Of a DNA stretch of 64,000 bases, positions 39,470 through 49,182 are shown one piece after another. A program made the position numbers and the translations under genes. The DNA comes from an uncultured Chloroflexia bacterium (lineage in GTDB: Bacteria > Chloroflexota > Anaerolineae > JAAYZQ01). Below the pieces are notes generated by a model. That model saw only the letters and a program-made list of their open reading frames with translations. It was not told where the DNA came from and did no database searches. Position 1 is the first letter of the stretch; every line of letters starts with the position of its first letter. Where the stretch lies: positions 1,632,001 through 1,696,000 of the forward strand of contig CAVOXA010000001.1 in NCBI GenBank assembly GCA_963700285.1. Reading direction: 5' to 3'.

Positions 39470-42400
39470 CTATGCTCTCCTGTCCAGGAAGCGTCTGACC
39501 ACAAGGATGTCATCGTGGAGTTGGAGCCGGTCGCCTGTCCTGAGGCTCTCCAGCGGTTTGCTGGACCAACTGCGGCCGTCGGCTCGAAAGATACCCAGGC
39601 GAGTTCCACGTTGGGTATGCCCTGTCTGAACGTAGCCCAATCCGGTCAGCCAGCCCTCGCTGTCAACGGAGCAACTGGTCACGGCTCCGACCACGCGCCC
39701 CTTGCGGCTGACGATGACATCTCCCTGCTTTGGTACCGGCGCGTGCTCCTCGGCAAAGCGGTAGCGTATCAGCCTTGCCTGCCGCCTCTGCTCGTGGGCC
39801 ATATACGCGTCTTTTCCCACAAAGAATGGCTTGTATAATTTCACATAAGGATCAAAGCCGGCATCGGCTGGATTCAGATCCAGCGGCCCAGCCAACTCGT
39901 GGCCATAGAGGGGCAGCCCGGCCTCGATCCGGAGGCTGTCTCGAGCTGCCAAGCCCACCGGCTGCAGGCCATACGATTCCCCAGCTTCCAGCAACGCGTG
40001 CCAAAGAGCGGGCGCAGCTGCGGGATGGACAAAAATCTCAAAGGCCATCGGTTCGCCGGTGTAGCCGGTACGGGCCAGGTAAAGATCATAACCTGCTAGC
40101 TGGCCGTGGATTATCTCGTTCCTCTTAATCTCTGACAGCGGTTCGCTGAGGGCATCCCCCTCATCCAGCATGGACTTTAGGATGTCGCGAGAGCGAGGAC
40201 CCTGCAGCGCCAACTGCACGCGCATCTGACCACCTCGCGCCGAATCGTGCATATCTCGGATGGCGATCCTTTCGGTGCCCAGCGCACGGGACCACGGCCG
40301 CTCCGTATCGATCATCACCTGCCCGCTACACACGGCATTGACCCAGGCCCAGTCCTTCTCATTGTTGGCTGCGTTGACGACCATCCAGAAACGGTCCTCT
40401 TCCAAACGGTAGATGTAGACGTCATCCAAAACGTGCCCATTTTGGTCAAGGAGAAAAGAGTACTGGGCTTGCCCGACATCCAACAACGAGATGTCGTTGG
40501 TGGTGAGGGTATTGAGAAACAGATGTATGTTGTCTCCTTCAAACTCAAAGAGCCCCATGTGGCTCACATCGAACAGCCCTGCTGCCTGGCGCACCGCCAG
40601 GTGTTCGTCCTGGACGGAGGCATAGCGGATCGGCATCTCCCAACCGGCAAAGGGAGCGATTTTTGCACCGGCTTTGCGGTGAATGTGGTGCAGGTTCGTC
40701 TGCCGGATTGGGGTGTCGGCAGGTTCTTCCCAGGAAAATACAGGCATGGACTCCATGTTGCCCGGAGCCTTTGCCCTTGCCCTCTGCCCGATCCAATAGG
40801 GTTTGTGAAAGGCCCAGCCAGTTGTTTCGTCATCCAAGTTCTCGAGAGAAGGAGGCATTGTGTCCCACTCTTCCGTTAGAACGTGCGACAGCCGGCGGAT
40901 CACGACCGGCCCTGGTGCCTTGGCAAAGACATCATCCACGTCCATGCGCACAAATCCATCGGATAGTGCGCGCAACCAGTGGGAAACGCGGGATTCGACC
41001 GATTTTCTGGTTAATAGCTGAAACCGTGTACTTGCCTCTCCCGGGCGCTTGAGCCGCCCGCAGCCCATTAGCCGCCCGTCCGGCTCCAGGATCCAGGTTG
41101 GCTGGCTTTCGCCTGGTTTGAGGGCATAGACGTCGTTGGTCATGGCCACGTTACAGAAGCCGCGAGCATGGATGCCCTCTATCTCGATGATGTCCCAGTC
41201 GCCGCTAGGGTCACTGGTTGGTTTGTACATAAAGTAGTGGTGCGGATAGCCGCTGGGCGCATAGTCGCGGGGCAGGTCAGCACTGACGCAGAGATCCACA
41301 ACATCCCACTTGACCTCCTCCAGCGCGTCGAAATCTACCTTGGCGCGGTAGATTGGCCCCTGCCGGCCGGCAAAGGCATAGGGGCTACATGCCTCCAATG
41401 TCCTGGCAATGAGCTGTGCCAGCGCTTTGATCTCCGGCGCAAGAAAACCACGCTGGGTGACCCAGGGGGTTCCCAGCCGGATGCCGCTGGGAGTGCGAGC
41501 GCTTCTGTCTCCAGGTATGGTGTTGCGGTTGAGCACAATCCCGGCCAAATCCAGAATTTGCGCGGCCACATCACCCATCAGAGGGGTGCCTCGCTTGCCG
41601 TCAGGGCTGACCCCATTGTCAGAGCGGATGCTCTTGCAGTCGACCAGAAGCATGTGTGTGTCAGTGCCCCCGTAGGGAATGCGCAGGCCATGCCCCTTCA
41701 ATTCCGCTGCAAGCTGCCTGGCGTTCTCCACGACCTGGCGCTGGAGCTGTATAAAGTCCGCTGATCTGGCCACTTGAAAGGCCACGGCCATACCAGCGAT
41801 CGCGTTGCAGTGCGGGCCCCCCTGTTCCCCTGGGAATACGGCGGCATCTACTTTGTTGGCCAGCTTCTTGTCCGTGGTCAGGATGCAGGCACCACGGGGA
41901 CCGTACAGGGTTTTGTGTGTGGTGAAGCTAATGACGTGGGCATGCCCTACCGGGCTGGGTACGGTACCAGCCGCCACCATGCCTGCAATGTGAGAGATGT
42001 CCGCCAGTAGGTACGCGCCGACGGAATCGGCGATCTGACGGAACCTGGCCCAATCTGGCGCCCAGGGGTACGACGTGTAGCCAGCGATGATCATCTTTGG
42101 CTTGTGACGGCGCCCAAGTTCCTCGATGGCATCATAGTCCAGCCGCTCGGTTTTTGGGTCGATGCCGTACGAAATGATGTTGTACAGCTTTCCCGAGCGG
42201 TTGGCTGGACTTCCATGGGTCAGGTGGCCGCCATGTAGCAGGTCCATGCCCATAACCGTGCTTCCAGGTGGGACCAGGGCCGCATAGATGGCGCTGTTGG
42301 CTGGGGATCCCGATAGTGGTTGGACGTTGGCCCAGATCTCCTCGGGTGGTACGGTATCCGTGGCAAATGCCTCTGCCGCCCGACGGCGGGCCAGCGATTC

Positions 42401-42703
42401 CAAGATGTTGACATACTCTACTCCCTTGTAGTAGCGGCGGTCAGAGTAGCGGCGATATTGGGCCATCTGAACTTCATAGTCCAGGATTTCTTCTTGAGAA
42501 GCGCCGTGGATATCAGGATCGGGGTAACCTTCGGCATAGATGTTCTGGAAAACCGAACCGAGGGCCTCACGTACTGCGGTGGGCGCCTGGCTTTCAGAGG
42601 GAATCAAGATCAGCTTGCGGGCTTGCCTCTCTGCCTCATGCTCAACCAGGCCGGCAACGGCGGGGTCCAATGATGACAAAGGGGCATGAAAGAAGTCCAG
42701 CAT
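39470..42703 (-). CDS. glyA-gcvT: Fusion of serine hydroxymethyltransferase and glycine-cleavage aminomethyltransferase T
   Basis: N-terminal YAEGYP, RYYKG, NVQPLSGS, GGHLTHG, TTHKTL.GPRG and SGIRLGTP. C-terminal FAGWEMP, GLFDVSHMG, VVNAAN, ALQGP, RTGYTGE and ARDSLRIEAGLPLYGHEL. Confidence 0.93.
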   Translation of the reverse strand: MLDFFHAPLSSLDPAVAGLVEHEAERQARKLILIPSESQAPTAVREALGSVFQNIYAEGYPDPDIHGASQEEILDYEVQMAQYRRYSDRRYYKGVEYVNILESLARRRAAEAFATDTVPPEEIWANVQPLSGSPANSAIYAALVPPGSTVMGMDLLHGGHLTHGSPANRSGKLYNIISYGIDPKTERLDYDAIEELGRRHKPKMIIAGYTSYPWAPDWARFRQIADSVGAYLLADISHIAGMVAAGTVPSPVGHAHVISFTTHKTLYGPRGACILTTDKKLANKVDAAVFPGEQGGPHCNAIAGMAVAFQVARSADFIQLQRQVVENARQLAAELKGHGLRIPYGGTDTHMLLVDCKSIRSDNGVSPDGKRGTPLMGDVAAQILDLAGIVLNRNTIPGDRSARTPSGIRLGTPWVTQRGFLAPEIKALAQLIARTLEACSPYAFAGRQGPIYRAKVDFDALEEVKWDVVDLCVSADLPRDYAPSGYPHHYFMYKPTSDPSGDWDIIEIEGIHARGFCNVAMTNDVYALKPGESQPTWILEPDGRLMGCGRLKRPGEASTRFQLLTRKSVESRVSHWLRALSDGFVRMDVDDVFAKAPGPVVIRRLSHVLTEEWDTMPPSLENLDDETTGWAFHKPYWIGQRARAKAPGNMESMPVFSWEEPADTPIRQTNLHHIHRKAGAKIAPFAGWEMPIRYASVQDEHLAVRQAAGLFDVSHMGLFEFEGDNIHLFLNTLTTNDISLLDVGQAQYSFLLDQNGHVLDDVYIYRLEEDRFWMVVNAANNEKDWAWVNAVCSGQVMIDTERPWSRALGTERIAIRDMHDSARGGQMRVQLALQGPRSRDILKSMLDEGDALSEPLSEIKRNEIIHGQLAGYDLYLARTGYTGEPMAFEIFVHPAAAPALWHALLEAGESYGLQPVGLAARDSLRIEAGLPLYGHELAGPLDLNPADAGFDPYVKLYKPFFVGKDAYMAHEQRRQARLIRYRFAEEHAPVPKQGDVIVSRKGRVVGAVTSCSVDSEGWLTGLGYVQTGHTQRGTRLGIFRADGRSWSSKPLESLRTGDRLQLHDDILVVRRFLDRRA

Positions 42704-42795
42704 CGATTACCTCCTAAAGGGTTTCCGGAAACAGATCTGTGGATTGGTAGATTGGGGTACCACTCGTCCATCTACCTCTTTGCCGGTTTCCCGGT

Positions 42796-44144
42796 TCATT
42801 GCTCCCCAATTTCTGCATAGCGCTCCCAAACCCCAGCCGATAGCTCCCTTGCCCTGGCCGCAATCGCTTCCTCATCGAGGCTCAGCAGTTGCCGGTCGCG
42901 CATGAGCCACTTGCCGGCCACCATGGTAGATGTCACCGCATCGGCCTCAAAGCCAAAGAGAATATGCCAGGGTAGATTGCCGGCTGTCAGCTCGGTAAAG
43001 GGGTGATAATCCACCAGGATCAGGTCGGCATAAGCGCCAGGAGACAGCTCGCCGACGGCCGCCTGCGGCCAAAAGACCCGGGCCAGCGCCGCGTTGTTGG
43101 CGACGGCCATCTGCATGATATCGTATCCGTTGGCCCGCCTGGGGTCGCCGTGCCAGACCTTGTGCAGCAGGTAGGCGGTCTTCCACTCGGCCCACATGTT
43201 GTTGCTAAATCCGTCATTGCCCATGGCCACCGGGATCCCGCCGCGCAACATCATCTCTACCGGCGCCACACCAACCGCATTGTTCATGTTGGAGCGTGGC
43301 TGGTGGGTGACCCAGGTGCCTGTGTCGCGCAGGATCTCCATTTCCCAGGCGTCCACGTGCACGCAGTGTACCAGAATGCTCTTGGGGCCCAGGATGCCGG
43401 CATCGCAGAGCCGTTCGACGACCCGCTTCCCGCTGCGGCGCAGGCTGTCCTCTTCATCCGAGATCCCTTCGGCAGCGTGTATGTGAAAGCCCGCGTCCAA
43501 ACCCTGGACTGCCGCCACGCAATCGGCCAGCGTCTCTTTCGATAGGGTCAAGGAAGCGTGCAAGCCAAAAGAGGCCGCGATCAAGGGGTTCTTTCTTGCC
43601 TGAACCGCGCGGAGAAACCGGACGTTCTCCTCGATCCCCGCCTGTGCTTCGTCGCGGCCGTTGCGATCGGTCACTTCATAGCAGAGGCTGGCTCGCAAGC
43701 CAGCTTCATTGACAGCCTCCGCAATCTCATCCAGGCTGCCTGAAAGGGCCGATGGGCTTGCATGGTGGTCAATAGGGTGGTGGTACCATGCTTGATGGCA
43801 TCGACCAGGCAGACGAGCGCCGAGTAGCGCACGTCCTCCTGGGTGAGGGCTCTATCCAGACGCCACCACAGCTTGGCCAGGATCTCTGGAAAGTCACGGG
43901 GCGGATCGCCAGGGATGGCCATGCCCCGGGCAAAGGCACCGTAAAAGTGGGTATGGCCACAGATGTTGCCCGGCATGACGAGCTGGCCGCCTGCATCTAC
44001 CACTTTTTCGTCGGGGTATGCTTCCTTCAGCTTGCCAGCCGTGTCGACATCCGTAATCAGTGCGCCGTCCACCCGGACAGCGCCGTCTTCAATGATCTCG
44101 TTGGTCTCGCCTAGGGTGACTATGCGGCCGTTTGCAATCAGCAT
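42796..44144 (-). CDS. ssnA: Putative aminohydrolase SsnA with a single frameshift at about 43775
   Basis: MPGNICGHTHFYGAFARG, LWWRLD and GTTTL/IDHHASP across the shift; LCYEVTDRNG, FGLHASLTLS, HIHAAEG and PRSNMNNAVG. Confidence 0.88.
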
Positions 44145-44201
44145 GGTTGACCTCCTTAACGAAGCGTGGGGAATGGGATGCTGCAACGGGCTCTTATTCG
44201 C

Positions 44202-45758
44202 CTAATCCCCTGTCTCCTCGTGCACGCCTGCCATCAACAGGCCGAGCCGTTCTGGCGTTGCGCTCTCGCTATCCACCACGTCCATGATCCGTCCTTCAAA
44301 GATCACAGCAATGCGGTCCGAAAGGGCCATGATTTCGTCCAGATCTTCCGAGATAAGAAGGACGGCATTGCCTTGCTCGCGCTGCTCCAGCAGGAGGGAG
44401 TGAACGTATTGGGTGGCGCCAATGTCTACGCCGCGAGTCGGTTGGGCGGCGATGAGCACTCGTGGCTCGCGTGAGAGTTCTCGCGCGAGCACCACTTTCT
44501 GGATGTTGCCGCCGGACAGATTCTTGACTCTCGTATCGCGGGATGGAGTCTTGATCTGAAATCCCTCGATGAGCTTGTCAGCAAAACTGGCAATGACTCG
44601 CAGGTTCTGGAAGCCGTTACGGGCAAAGGGTCGTCGGCCATGATCTCGCAAGATCTCGTTCTCTGCCACCGTGAAATTTTGAATTACGGCATCCTTCATC
44701 CGCTCTTCCGGGATGTAGGCAAGCTTCTCTTCCGTCAGCGCCCCCGGCAATTGGCCTGTGACGTCCTTGCCTTCAAGCACGATCTGTCCCTGCGTAGCAG
44801 GTCGCAGGCCCGTGATGACTTCGGCCAGCTCCCGTTGGCCGTTTCCCGAAACACCTGCGAGCCCCAAGATCTCGCCGGAATAGAGTTCCAGGTCAACCCC
44901 ACGCAGTGCTGGCATCTCGCGGTCGCTTTGGGCGTGAAGGTTCCTAACTTCCAGCCGGATCTCGCCCCGCTGCACATCGGCGCGTTCCGGTTTCATGATT
45001 ACCTCGCGTCCAACCATCATCCGCGCCAGATCTGCCTTGGTACAGCCCGCAGTCTCACAACTGTCAACCCTCTTCCCATCGCGCAGCACGGTTACGCGAT
45101 CGCTAATGTCCAGTACTTCGTGCAGTTTGTGCGAGATAAAGATGACGGCGTGACCGTCCCGGACCATCTGGCGCAAGGTAGTGAAGAACTCGTCCACCTC
45201 TTGAGGCGTAAGGACTGCGGTGGGCTCGTCAAGAATCAGGAGGGCGGCTCCCCGGTAAAGGGCTTTGATGATCTCTACGCGCTGGCGCTGGCCCACGGCA
45301 AGTTGCCAGATGCAGGCGTCAGGATCGACCTGCAGGCCATAAATGTCGCCCAACTCCCGGATGCGCTTTGCCACCTGATCGGGGTCCGTCAACAGCCCCC
45401 GGGAAGACGGCAAGCCCAGGGCCACATTCTCGGCTACCGTCAGGGTATCCACCAGCATGAAGTGCTGATGGATCATGCCAATGCCCTGTTCGATTGCGTC
45501 CGTGGGGGATTCGATGCTCACAGGCTGGCCGTTGAGCCAGATCTCGCCTTCATCGGGTGCATACATCCCGTACAGCACCTTCATCAGGGTGCTCTTGCCA
45601 GCCCCGTTTTCTCCCAACAGAGCGTGGACCTCACCAGTGCGCACGTCAAAATCAACGTGATCGTTGGCCACTACGCCTGGAAATAGTTTGGTGATTCCCT
45701 TCATTTCCAAATGGTCGATTCGAGTACGGCCGGAAGGTAGGATGTTGTTGTTCGTCAT
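44202..45758 (-). CDS. Nucleoside/purine ABC transporter ATP-binding protein
   Basis: GENGAGKS, HQHFML, DEPTAVLTPQE, LSGGNIQK and QPTRGVD. Confidence 0.93.
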   Translation of the reverse strand: MTNNNILPSGRTRIDHLEMKGITKLFPGVVANDHVDFDVRTGEVHALLGENGAGKSTLMKVLYGMYAPDEGEIWLNGQPVSIESPTDAIEQGIGMIHQHFMLVDTLTVAENVALGLPSSRGLLTDPDQVAKRIRELGDIYGLQVDPDACIWQLAVGQRQRVEIIKALYRGAALLILDEPTAVLTPQEVDEFFTTLRQMVRDGHAVIFISHKLHEVLDISDRVTVLRDGKRVDSCETAGCTKADLARMMVGREVIMKPERADVQRGEIRLEVRNLHAQSDREMPALRGVDLELYSGEILGLAGVSGNGQRELAEVITGLRPATQGQIVLEGKDVTGQLPGALTEEKLAYIPEERMKDAVIQNFTVAENEILRDHGRRPFARNGFQNLRVIASFADKLIEGFQIKTPSRDTRVKNLSGGNIQKVVLARELSREPRVLIAAQPTRGVDIGATQYVHSLLLEQREQGNAVLLISEDLDEIMALSDRIAVIFEGRIMDVVDSESATPERLGLLMAGVHEETGD

Positions 45759-45777
45759 CACATGCTCCTGATCTGAG

Positions 45778-45819
45778 ACGCAATGCGCGAAACGCGAGTT
45801 CACGTTTCACGCATTGCGT
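45778..45819 (-). other. 19-bp RNA stem-loop just downstream of the BMP gene
   Basis: Minus-strand arms ACGCAAUGCGUGAAACGUG and CGCGUUUCGCGCAUUGCGU pair fully, with two G-U wobbles. Confidence 0.7.
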
Positions 45820-45828
45820 TTTCCCTAG

Positions 45829-46842
45829 CTATTCACCTATGTCAATGGTGATGGATCCATCAACAATCCCCTTGATGGCTTCTTCCGCTGCTGCTTTCAC
45901 GTCGGCTGGCAGGTCAAAGTCAGGGTTGTATTCCATGACCTGGCCCTTGTTCTCCAGCGTGATGTTGTAGGCCTTGCCGCCGTAGGTACCCTGGCCCATC
46001 AGGTTGATGATGTCATCCAAGACCACGCTCCAGTCGTATATCTGGTTGGCGACCACAATGTCCGGGGCCAGTGAAGACTGGCTGGCTTGTGTGCCAAACC
46101 ACAGCGCTCCATTCTTCTCGGCAGCGCCGATGGCGCCTACTACCATCTGAGCTGTGCCGGTCAGGACATCGGCTCCGGCCTGAAGATGGGTATTGGCCGC
46201 TTCGGCCGCCATAGCCACATCAGAGAATGAGCCGATATAGTTGACATTGACCTGAGCGTCTGGATTGGAGGCTTTGACACCCTGCAGGAACCCATCGATG
46301 TACAGTTTGGCGTCGCCGGTCTCGATGGGGCCGACCACGCCGATCACGTTGCTCTTGGTGAGCATGCCGGCCATGACGCCGTTGACATAGCCGCCTTCGT
46401 CGGAAGCGGCCTCGTAGGCAAAGACGTTCTTGATCCCTTCCTCCGTGAACGTATTCACGGTTGTGCCATGTGCGAAGGCGGTCTCGGGAAAGTCGGGGGC
46501 AATCTCCTGTAGAGAACTACCATACTGGGAGCCGTGGGCAATCACCAGGTCATAGCCCTCGGTTGCATAGTCACGGATGGCCGCTGCAGCGTCGTCAACT
46601 ACGAACATCCCCTCCGAATAGACCAACTCCATCTTTTCTGGGCCGCCCATCTCCTCTTGGATGGCGAGCAGGGAATCGTACATGCTCTGGCTGAAGGCTA
46701 GATCATTGATGGTGCTGGGCATGATAACGGCTACACGGATCACACCATCGTCCCCCCGCTTCCTCCCCCCGCCAGGTCCGCAGGCGGCAACCACCAGTGC
46801 CACTATCACTGCCAAGACTAACATGCTGCCTTTTTTCGACAT
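45829..46842 (-). CDS. BMP-family ABC substrate-binding lipoprotein
   Basis: Lipobox VAAC; DLAFSQS, GYDLVIAHG, IGSFSD and GADV; RBS GAGGAGG. Confidence 0.92.
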   Translation of the reverse strand: MSKKGSMLVLAVIVALVVAACGPGGGRKRGDDGVIRVAVIMPSTINDLAFSQSMYDSLLAIQEEMGGPEKMELVYSEGMFVVDDAAAAIRDYATEGYDLVIAHGSQYGSSLQEIAPDFPETAFAHGTTVNTFTEEGIKNVFAYEAASDEGGYVNGVMAGMLTKSNVIGVVGPIETGDAKLYIDGFLQGVKASNPDAQVNVNYIGSFSDVAMAAEAANTHLQAGADVLTGTAQMVVGAIGAAEKNGALWFGTQASQSSLAPDIVVANQIYDWSVVLDDIINLMGQGTYGGKAYNITLENKGQVMEYNPDFDLPADVKAAAEEAIKGIVDGSITIDIGE

Positions 46843-46995
46843 TTCTTCCTCCTCATTTCTCAAGATTGTTCATCAAAGCCAAGCTCATCACCCTGATCTA
46901 CAGTTGTCCGCGGACATCACCTCCTTGCCAAACGTTGGGGTTGAAGTTGGAGGCTGACTGACTTGTCCAGTCTCAACTTCAACCTTGACCTCAAC

Positions 46996-47928
46996 CTATC
47001 CCTCTCTCTCAAACGGTTTCGTCAGCGCTGAGGGGGCACGCACTCGCTTTGTGGTCAGGACGAGGGCCACAATGGTCAGGACGTAGGGCATCATCACCAG
47101 GAGATCTGAAGGGATTGCGGCGCCCATCACTTGGAGCCAAAGCTGAAAGGCGATCACCACGCTGAAGAGTAGTGCGCCCAAGAGTACACCTACTGGCCTC
47201 CAACCGCCAAAGTAGACCAAGGCCACGGCGATGAATCCCAGACCGCTGGTCATGTTTTGCTGGAATACATTCAGCAGGGCGATCGACAGGGAAGCGCCGG
47301 CAATGCCGGACAAGGTCCCCCCCATCGTGACGGTAAAATAGCGCACGGCGCTGACGCTCACACCCAGCGAGTCAGCCGCTTCGGGATTCTCGCCCACCGC
47401 CCTGATCTTCAGACCGATGTTGGTCTTGTTCAGGACAAAGGTGGCAATGGGTACGAGGAGATAGGCGATGTAGACCAGGATGTTGTGGCTGAAAAAGACT
47501 TCACCCAGGATGGGAATGTCACTCAGTACCGGGATGTGGATCGGCGAGAAGCCACGCACTGTCTCCACGGTGCCCAAGGTCATTTGAAAGAGGAGAGTGC
47601 TCATCCCCAGACCAAAGAGGTAGAAGCCGATGCCGCTGATCCCCTGCTCTGCTTGTAGGTTGATGGTGACAAAGGCCATTGCTAGCCCCATCGCTGTACC
47701 GACAATGATCGCTGCCAACAGTCCCAGCCACGGATTGCCAGTGATGAAGGTGACATAGAAAGCAAAAAAGGCTCCCAAGAGCATCTGCCCCTCGACGCCG
47801 AGGTTGAGCACCCCACTTCGCTGTCCAAAGGTCTCACCGATGGCGGCGTACAGATAGGGCGTTGCGAGTCGAATGCCCGAAGCTAGGATGCCAATGAGAA
47901 CGGTGGCCGTAAGGAACTCGGAATTCAT
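46996..47928 (-). CDS. Nucleoside ABC transporter permease
   Basis: RSGVLNLGVEGQML, RAVGENPEAADSLG and GFIAVALV.FGGW. Confidence 0.92.
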   Translation of the reverse strand: MNSEFLTATVLIGILASGIRLATPYLYAAIGETFGQRSGVLNLGVEGQMLLGAFFAFYVTFITGNPWLGLLAAIIVGTAMGLAMAFVTINLQAEQGISGIGFYLFGLGMSTLLFQMTLGTVETVRGFSPIHIPVLSDIPILGEVFFSHNILVYIAYLLVPIATFVLNKTNIGLKIRAVGENPEAADSLGVSVSAVRYFTVTMGGTLSGIAGASLSIALLNVFQQNMTSGLGFIAVALVYFGGWRPVGVLLGALLFSVVIAFQLWLQVMGAAIPSDLLVMMPYVLTIVALVLTTKRVRAPSALTKPFEREG

Positions 47929-49067
47929 GGCGTCACCCCCGATTCAGGCACCAAAGCCTGTTCTTTTTCCGCCTTGCTGGTGGCCTCAATACGCCGCTTC
48001 CGTTGCCGGCGGCGCCGCCAGAGTTCGCTACTGACGACAAAAATCACGACCAGGCCGTTAAGGGCGAGGATAAACGAGGAAGGCACCTGCATGACGCGCT
48101 GCAGCTTGTTGGCCCCTACGAGCAGCGCCCCAAAGAAAAAGGAAGCCGGGATAGCGCCAAGGGGGTGCAATTGCCCGAACAGAGCAGCCACGATGCCGTT
48201 GAAACCTGCGCTGGCCGTGAACCCCGTGGCCGAGCCATCGGTGATCATGCGGTAGTTCAGGCCGTAGACCTGGATGGCCCCGGCCAGTCCGCAAAAGGCG
48301 CCGCTCAGCAGGAGCGCGATCACGATCTGCCGGCGTACCCGGATCCCTCCATACCGCGACGCATCCGGGTTCTGGCCCACTGCCCGAATGCGATACCCCA
48401 GTACCGTGCGAAACAGAAGAATGTAGACCAGGAAGGCCAGGATCACCGCCAGTAGCGCTCCTAGATGCAGGCGAGTGGGCGCCCACCTGGGCAGACGGAA
48501 GGCTGCCTCCAGAGCGGCGGTCTGGGGGATCTTGGAAGCGAGTTCAGCCTGGGCCGGGTCGATCATTGGGCCACGCAGCAGATAGTTCATGATCTGTACG
48601 GCGATGGCGTTCATCATGATAGTGGTCAGGATCTCGTTAACGCCGAAATATGCCTTCAGTGCGCCTGGGATCGCCCCCCAGAGCCCTCCTCCTACAAAGC
48701 CGGCCAGTATGGCCAGGGGGATGAGCACCCAGCCGGGCCAGTTCGGAAAACTCAGCCCCACCACGGTTGCAAAGATGGCGCCCAGGATCATCTGTCCTTC
48801 GCCGCCAATGTTGATGACATTGGCCCTAAACGCGATACAGATGCCCAGGGCTACCAATAGCAGGGGCACGGCCTTGACTGCTGTCTCCGCGACGGCATTG
48901 CTGCTGCCGAAAGCGCCTTCCACTAGGGCTCCATAGGCCCTGATCGGATTGGCGCCCAGCAGCAGCAACATGACGGCCCCCAGTGCCAGCGCGGCAAATG
49001 TGGCAAAGACAGGCAACAGGGCATCCACGACCTGAGAGAAATCGATCTTTGACAGCCAGGTATTCAT
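47925..49067 (-). CDS. Nucleoside ABC transporter permease
   Basis: NIGGEGQ, VNEILTTIMMN, RAVGQNP and GFNGIVAALFG. Confidence 0.92.
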   Translation of the reverse strand: MNTWLSKIDFSQVVDALLPVFATFAALALGAVMLLLLGANPIRAYGALVEGAFGSSNAVAETAVKAVPLLLVALGICIAFRANVINIGGEGQMILGAIFATVVGLSFPNWPGWVLIPLAILAGFVGGGLWGAIPGALKAYFGVNEILTTIMMNAIAVQIMNYLLRGPMIDPAQAELASKIPQTAALEAAFRLPRWAPTRLHLGALLAVILAFLVYILLFRTVLGYRIRAVGQNPDASRYGGIRVRRQIVIALLLSGAFCGLAGAIQVYGLNYRMITDGSATGFTASAGFNGIVAALFGQLHPLGAIPASFFFGALLVGANKLQRVMQVPSSFILALNGLVVIFVVSSELWRRRRQRKRRIEATSKAEKEQALVPESGVTP

Positions 49068-49182
49068 GTTCAATTGCTCTCCTTGTTTCTGGAAGACTGG
49101 AGAACTCGCCCATTGGTAGATTAGCGAACTGGACACTCAGATCAAGTATGCCGATCCACCAGTGCACCAATTTACCGTTCTC

